From Octopus vulgaris (taxonomy: Eukaryota), in NCBI GenBank assembly GCA_951406725.2, contig OX597821.1:24490001-24554000 (forward strand): a DNA stretch of 64,000 nucleotides, written 5' to 3'. Below, in pieces: positions 56,816 through 64,000 of this stretch (position 1 is the stretch's first letter; the number at the start of each line of letters is the position of its first letter). Below the pieces are notes generated by a model. That model was not told where the DNA came from and made no database searches. It worked only from the letters and a program-made list of their open reading frames with translations. The position numbers and the translations under genes are program-made.

Positions 56816-57105
56816 GGAGGCGCAATGGCCCAGTGGTTAGGGCAGCGGACTCGCGGTCGTAGGATCGCGGTTCCGATTCCCAGACCGGGCGTTGTGAGTG
56901 TTTATTGAGCGAAAACACCTAAAGCTCCACGGAGGTGGTGGCGATCCCTGCTGTACTCTTTCACCACAACTTTCTCTCACTCTTTCTTCTGTAGGCCTGC
57001 TCGCTTAGCCAGCGGGGTGGCGTCATTGATGGCTAAAATAATGCGAAGCGCATTGTGGCCAGCGATGTGTAGCAACATCTGAAGGCCTGGTCTGTCACGT
57101 GATCA
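56816..57105 (+). mobile_element. tRNA-derived SINE
   Basis: Head with A/B-box-like tggcccagtggttagg ... ggttccgattcc. Confidence 0.8.
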
Positions 57106-57837
57106 TATATATATGTTTCACAGTGACCACCTTCTTTAATCTTTTCATCTTTTCTCTCCTTTTCTTCCCTTTTTCTTTTCCCACTTCTCCCTTTAGTGCG
57201 CATGCGTTTGTATATACAGTCTACTGAAATTTTCATATTATATTCATAATAATACGCATTTTAATAAATGTAACGTTATAATATTATCATACTGGCATTT
57301 TTTTCTTACAGTAAATGGTATGTAAACTGTGCAGTTTGGCTTGATCAGATGGACAACGCTTTTCTTTAACCAAATAGTCAATTTTGTGTTATATCTTGAG
57401 AGAAACAGTTTTAGCCGGGAGTTGAACGGCTTGATCTACAAAGAAGAACTCATCTTTATACAATATATTGCACCTCGACTGGGAGGCCACGAATGAAAAA
57501 TTCCCCGGAAGAAGAAATGGAATCGAATCTACAGCTATACTGTACTAGGACACTAGGATCTCTTCTCATGTTGATTTCAAAAGCAAAATAAGGCGTATTT
57601 CACTTGCCCTAGATATATAATAAAAATGAAAGTATTTCGGCTCTTTTTTCTGAGATTTCACTTGAGATATACCAGAATGTTGTGTTGGAACGACAAAAGA
57701 AAGATATTGAATTTAGTGGTCTCCATGTAAAAGTTCCTACAGAGTTAGTAACTCGGTTCTTTACCTTTTGACCAACAGATTTTAAAAATAATTTTTTGTG
57801 ACTAAACACTTTCAAACTTCGTATACTGGTAGAATGC

Positions 57838-58456
57838 GTCACATAAAACATAGTTTACTCTTGGCGTTGTTGAGAAAATTCTGTATTTTGGAAGTTATTT
57901 CTTTTTAGAGTTGACGTATTTCGGTAATTTCAACCAATCAATGAGGTGTATTCAGCTGAATAAAATTACTGCTGTTGCTTGTCAACAACAACTATCGGTG
58001 GTGTATATTTCGTTTGTCACTGTTACTTATGACATATTTCATCTCAGTTATGTTTGTGTGAATAAATGAGTGTATCTGAAGCATGTTTACTTCATGGCAC
58101 AACCATAAGTGTTCGTGCTTCATCTTTCAGTTTTTTCGTAACTCTAATCCTAAAAAGCCCCAACCCTAACCCTAACCCTAAAACCCTAACCCTAAATCCC
58201 TAACTAACTCTAAAACCCTAACCCTAAAACTTTAAAGCTAAAACCAGAACAAACACACGAACGATGTCATAAATAACAGTGACAAACGAAATATACACCG
58301 CCGATAGTTGTTGACAAACAACGGCAGTAATTTTGTTCAGCAGAATACACATCATTGATTAGTTGAAATTATCGAAATACAACTTTAAAAAGAAATAACT
58401 TCCAAAATACAGAATTTTTTCAACAACGCCAAGAGTAAAAAATGTTTTATGTGATA
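57838..58456. mobile_element. Foldback/MITE-like element with ~195 bp inverted arms around degenerate (CCCTAA)n
   Basis: 57838-58035 is the reverse complement of 58263-58456; ccctaa repeats at 58140-58240. Confidence 0.75.
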
Positions 58457-58711
58457 CATAATAAATTGCGTATTATTATGAATACAGTGTACAAATTCTA
58501 AGTAGATTATTTGAATATTATCAATACTGGTTTCAAATTATGGCACAAGGCCAGTAATAAAATCAACCTCGGCGGAATTTGAACTCGGAACGTACAGTTG
58601 ACCAACATTCCGCTGCCTTGAATAATATTAATATTCATATACATACATACAAATACATACATACATATACACAGACACACACATGTATGTATATATATAT
58701 ATATATGTATG

Positions 58712-58778
<67 letters not shown>

Positions 58779-58782
58779 GTAC

Positions 58783-58840
<58 letters not shown>

Positions 58841-58979
58841 ATATATGTATATATATATGTATGTATGCATATATATGTATATATATATATATGTGTGTGT
58901 ATGTATGTATATATATATATATGTATGTATGTATATGTATATATATATATGTGTGTGTGTGTATGTATATATATGTATG

Positions 58980-59055
<76 letters not shown>

Positions 59056-59188
59056 GTGGCACTACGTCGGTTACGACGATGAGGATTCCTGTTGAACCGA
59101 TCAACGGAATAGTCTGCTCGTGAAATTTACATGTAAGTGGCTGAGCCCTCCACAGACACGTGTACCCTTAACTGGGGTATAGCGCCTC

Positions 59189-59229
<41 letters not shown>

Positions 59230-59371
59230 GCATTATACATATCTGCTAAAGTATGTGTGTTCGTGTGTGTATGTATGTAAGTACTGCACACATAATAACA
59301 AATAAATCAATAAATAAATAAACAAACAAATAAATAAATAAATAAACAAATAAATAAAGGAATAAACATAC

Positions 59372-60493
59372 AGCAACTTGTATAGAAATACCGCTGTAGA
59401 GAATAGAGATTGCCATGAAGGCCTGCGTTACTACCATTGCACAGACAACCAGTTTTTCATCAGCGACTACATCCGCTTGAAACAAAATGTAGATCAGCGT
59501 ACAAGTGACAAGAATAGCAAACAAGAACGTCACGACTATACAAATGGAGAAGTAGCCGTTGACTAGTTGTAGTAGTTCCATTATTTCTTCGTATTTCTTC
59601 TGTAGATGAATGAACTTACTGATAACTGTTTGCTCTTGGTCGTCGCTCACTGTTTGTTGTTGCTCGTCGAGCGCTTCCAGCTTTTGTGAGAGGGCATGCA
59701 GCTCACAGCAGATTATTTTCGAAAAGAAATTAAGTAGTAAAGTATCGCTTAATATTCCAAAAGCGACAAACCAGCTTAAAGATATGGTGTTTATCACTTC
59801 AATAGCTTTGTTCTCGCACATTGGTATATGTAATAAAGATCCCACGGTAGAGTCCGTGAATACAGTCGCAGACACTGAGGTTACTAGTGTTATGCTCAAT
59901 ATTATTACGAAAGCTGAAATCTTCACGGATAATTTAGCGTTCCGTTTTAATTTCCTGAAATATTTTTGTTCTGTCATGGGAAAATATGCCGTGAATTTCT
60001 CTAACAATCTTCTGCCATATACGATGTTAAAGATGAACTTTACAATATATTTAAAAACTTCCATACAATAAAACAGCACAAAGTTCAAAATGAGTATAAA
60101 TTTTCCTTGAGTCGCATTTATGTCAAATAAGAAAGATACCCGTAATATATTCATAACCAAAAATAGTAAAACGATACACTTAAAAACTTTACACAAACAT
60201 TGTTGGCGTTTAGTGAGATAACCTGGTGGATAAAATTCTTGACCGGAGAGCGCCGTGAAATGCAGTAGAGGTTTTAAAACGTCCACCAGAATTTCTTCAT
60301 GTGAGAACTCTATTGGTTGCCTGTGGTCCATATCAATAGACTCCCTGCAGTTAGACACAACAGTGCTCGACATGACAGGCTTGGTAAGGTGATTGTTTTC
60401 CAAATATGTATTCCTCGGTTCGTCTTCTGGCATTGTTGCTACACTGGGATTTGTCAGCAGTTTTGCAATTATCTTGTTTCTTTTACCCGGCAT
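59372..60493 (-). CDS. GRL variable exon V6 (374 codons)
   Basis: Intact ORF; GTATGT donor after ..IQVA at 59371; the remaining ORF tail is low-complexity intron read-through. Confidence 0.85.
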
Positions 60494-61309
60494 TTGGTAA
60501 ATATATGGTATAGTGACGTTGATACTTCTGTAGTGGTGGGTTCTGGAATAGTTGAGGAGGCTGTAGTACTGGTGGTTATATTAGTAGCTTACTACTGATG
60601 CCTGGTGATAGCTGTGTTAGTGGTGACTATAGTGATGTTGACTTTAATAGAGGCAGCAACAGTAGTGATGATGCTTGTATTGGTAATTGTATTTGTAGTG
60701 GCATTTGCAGCTACAGTTGTGGTGATGGTATTTATTGTGATGGTACTGTTGCAAGTGGCTGAAGTAGTAGTAACTACGATGAGGTAGTAGTTACACTAAT
60801 TCCAGTATATATATTGTGCTGTGTTGGCCTATTATTCTACGCATTGATCTTAAAGCATACTAATTCAGTGATTAATTATTCAATATGAAATTAATTGGCA
60901 AAAGCTAAAACAAACAAAATAAACAATAGACTCATAGATAATGCAGTTATTGTTGTTTAACCCCAACTCAGCTCAGATTGAGCAAGAATATAAACAATGT
61001 TGTTCCAGTTATGACCATTCCGGGAATTTTATATCGGAGATTACATTGTGCAAGATGTGCTTTCTTTTCTAAGATAACAGGAGGTGATTTCGGAAAGATT
61101 TTACTGCTATGTCAAGCGAGTGCAGTGGACAACGGAGAGTGACCACTGGATCACGGTACAAAGTGGATCACGGTACAAAGTGGATCACGGTACTGAAGGT
61201 TCGTATTTTCTCCGAAGACAGTAAAATACTACTGAGATGATGGGCGGTACTCGGGATGTAGGCATAGAATCTCTTGCTTTAGGTTTGGAAGAGAAATCAT
61301 CTCCAGTGA

Positions 61310-61393
<84 letters not shown>

Positions 61394-61502
61394 CTTTGAG
61401 GGGTGATGTATAAAATAAAGTGTCCGAGAGTGCTTATAACATAGTGTTGATATGGTTCATATGATATAGTACGGTGTTAAAATTATGTATCTATATGTGT
61501 GT

Positions 61503-61533
<31 letters not shown>

Positions 61534-61732
61534 ACAATGTTGACGTGATATAATGAGGTATATAATATAGCACTGATGCGAAGTATACAGACTTAGCAAT
61601 TGTAGCAGCAGAAGAACTGTTCATAGAATGAAAACTTTACATTATTTGCATTTATGCATTTATGCATTAGCAGCTAATGCGCATTATCTCTTGTTCTCCC
61701 GCTCTCTCCCCCCTCTCTATCCCGCTCTCTCC

Positions 61733-61804
<72 letters not shown>

Positions 61805-62627
61805 TGTGTATGACATACACACTCTTTCTCTCCTTTATCATATACACGCTCTTTGCGGATAATCTCTCTCTGCGCGTTATCTCTCTGTGTATTGTCTCTC
61901 TCCCTCTCTCTCTCTCTCTCACTCTCTTCCTATTTCTCTCTCTAACCTACACACATACATGCGCGCAAATATGCATACACCCAAAGCACACACATACCCG
62001 CATATACTTGAAAGAAATATGAATTAATGTCACCACCCATTATTAGCTCCACCTTAGCGACGGCAGAGGTATTGCCTTCACTCGTGTTTGTTTGTTTGTT
62101 TGTTTGTCCGTGGACAAGATATTTCAAGAACCGATGGATGGATTCGGATGAAACTTTCAGGAATGTTTGACCTCGTGACTGGCACGAACGGATTAGATGT
62201 TGGGATTGATACGGTACCGGACAGGGATTCTGGATTATTTTTTCTGCTTTTTTTACTTAAATTTTGAGAGCGGTTGAGCTCATTTTTAATATTCTCGGTT
62301 GTGAGAGCAGTCGAGTTTATTTCAGATATTCCCATTTTAAAAATCATCTCTGGATAATCGTTGAGAGAACGTTGGTGTTGTCTTGGTGGAGGTTTGTGCT
62401 CTCTGAGTGCTCTTGTTAATATTATATCATTGATAAATAGATATAAGTTATCAAAGACCAAAACAAGCGATTTGGTTTCAATTACATCTTGCAACGAGAT
62501 TCATTTCATTTCTTTCTGTCTAAACACTTTGGGGAAGATATGAACTCCACATCTTCTAATTGCCTTTACACTACATGTTTATGTTTCCATGCCTCTATGA
62601 TAAATCAGTGCTTAGTTATATAAATCA

Positions 62628-63472
62628 CTAGCAGAATTGCCCGGCGTTGCTCGGGGCTGAATTACTTGAAAGTACTGTTAATGATTGCACTGAATGATGA
62701 TGATTATTCAGGCAAATATTGATATAAGTTTACGCTGGGAGATAAGGACTTAACGATCAAACGTGTGCCATTGCATTGTTTTGGGGGAACCAAATTTCTG
62801 ATGAGCATTATAGGGGCACCAACTTTAAGTTTGAGAATGTGTGGTGGTAGTCTGGGGTGCTCAAAGGAATTGAGTACCTCTATTGGATAGTTGATGACGT
62901 CCTCTGGGTCAGGAGTAGTATCGATAGACTGATATACATAGACTTCCCCAGGAATGAGTTTTAGCATTTCATCATTAATATGGTGAACAGTTTTATTCCT
63001 TGGGACCAGTATAGCCTTTTTGCCAATCCAATCCATATTCTGATAATTAGCTTGTAGATCTTGGAACACTGCATCTCTGAGATCAGAAGGCGTCTTAACA
63101 ATCGTACAAATGGAATCGATGGCAATATTACCATTTTCATCCCCTGGTATTTTGCCTTCGCCAAGTGCAATGAGGGTGTGAGGAAATACTGCTGGTGTGA
63201 TATTACGTCGCATATGAGCACGCATATTGGTGTGAAGTTTGAGAGTTACTTCCCTTAATTTAAAAAAATGCATTAAAATGGGAAAAAATGATGGTAAATT
63301 ATTTGTAAAATCGTAGACTCATCGTAGACGCGCGCTAATACCCAGAAGGGCTCGATATGAATCACGACTATAAGATACTCGGTTTTGGTTAAACTGCATC
63401 GCAAAATGTGGGAGTAGTTAGGAATCTAAATCGGAGTAGACAGACACACAACCTTTCTTTTATATATAAAGA
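62628..63472 (-). mobile_element. Complete non-autonomous Helitron retaining a PIF1-like helicase fragment
   Basis: 5' TCTTTATATATAAAAG; 3' hairpin cccgagcaacgccggg plus CTAG; A|T target; ORF 62704-63273 with PPHILKLKVGAPIMLIRNL..CNGTRLIV. Confidence 0.9.
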
Positions 63473-63473
63473 T

Positions 63474-63830
63474 TTTCGTCCTAAAAAACTTTGTATGGAG
63501 TGAATGGTTACCTCTATGGAAATATATACACACACGTTATACATACATGTGTGCATAGATGAATATATAAATACATTTAAATATCTATATACACTTTTGG
63601 GCGATCTTTCTGCTTCTTAGAGATAACTTTAGATGTTATTTTCGTCCTAAAAAACTTTGTGCGGAGTGAATGGTTACCTCTATGGAAATATATACACACA
63701 CATTATACATACATGTGTGTATAGATGAATATATAAATACATTTAAATATCTATATACACTTTTGGGCGATCTTTCTGCTTCTTAGAGATAACTTTAGAT
63801 GTTATATTCGTCCTAAATAACTTTGTATGA
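63474..63830. repeat. Tandem repeat of ~167 bp, two full copies plus a partial
   Basis: ttttcgtcctaaaaaactttgt... recurs at about 63474, 63640 and 63806. Confidence 0.85.
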
Positions 63831-64000
63831 ATTGAAAAAGAAAATGAATTGAAATTCTAAAAGAAAGGAATTTGTTTACATACATGTGTAAAATGGCAAA
63901 TGTTTGTGCAATTGTCCGATGGAACTGATGTATTATAATGAATAGTCCTTCTTCTTGTGAATATTAATTTGATTAATATGAACTGAAAACCAGTGGTGTA

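Noticed and set aside
56816-56890. Functional tRNA gene
   Set aside because: The tRNA-like head continues into a SINE body that recurs at 14270-14633; I could not fold a proper cloverleaf
58140-58240. True telomere or chromosome end
   Set aside because: Short, degenerate and enclosed within inverted arms
59378-60598. Plus-strand ORFs overlapping V6
   Set aside because: Antisense shadows of the real coding exon with no independent evidence

Overview
AT-rich, microsatellite-dense animal genomic DNA. Its SINE, Penelope, mariner and Helitron content resembles octopus/cephalopod DNA; this assignment is inference from repeat style. The main signal is on the minus strand: six paralogous ~0.95-1.1 kb coding exons (V1-V6, near 12.0, 25.7, 32.2, 38.2, 51.0 and 59.4 kb). 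Each encodes the N-terminus to TM6 of a gustatory-receptor-like (GRL/7TMIC) protein and ends at the same phase-0 GT donor. I found only one set of three small C-terminal exons (5301-5230, 4718-4632, 491-366). They splice in frame to any V exon and supply the TM7 signature (..AKMFNIDSSTILM|ISGTLLSYGVIVFQ..). The locus therefore looks like a variable-exon/constant-exon chemoreceptor array giving up to six isoforms of about 409-468 aa, like insect Gr28b/Gr39a or clustered protocadherins. V2-V4 sit in a recent ~6 kb tandem duplication, followed by a fourth unit that has lost its exon. The introns hold mariner, Helitron, hAT and Tigger-like relics, tRNA-derived SINEs, Penelope-like fragments, several hammerhead-ribozyme motifs and large palindromes.
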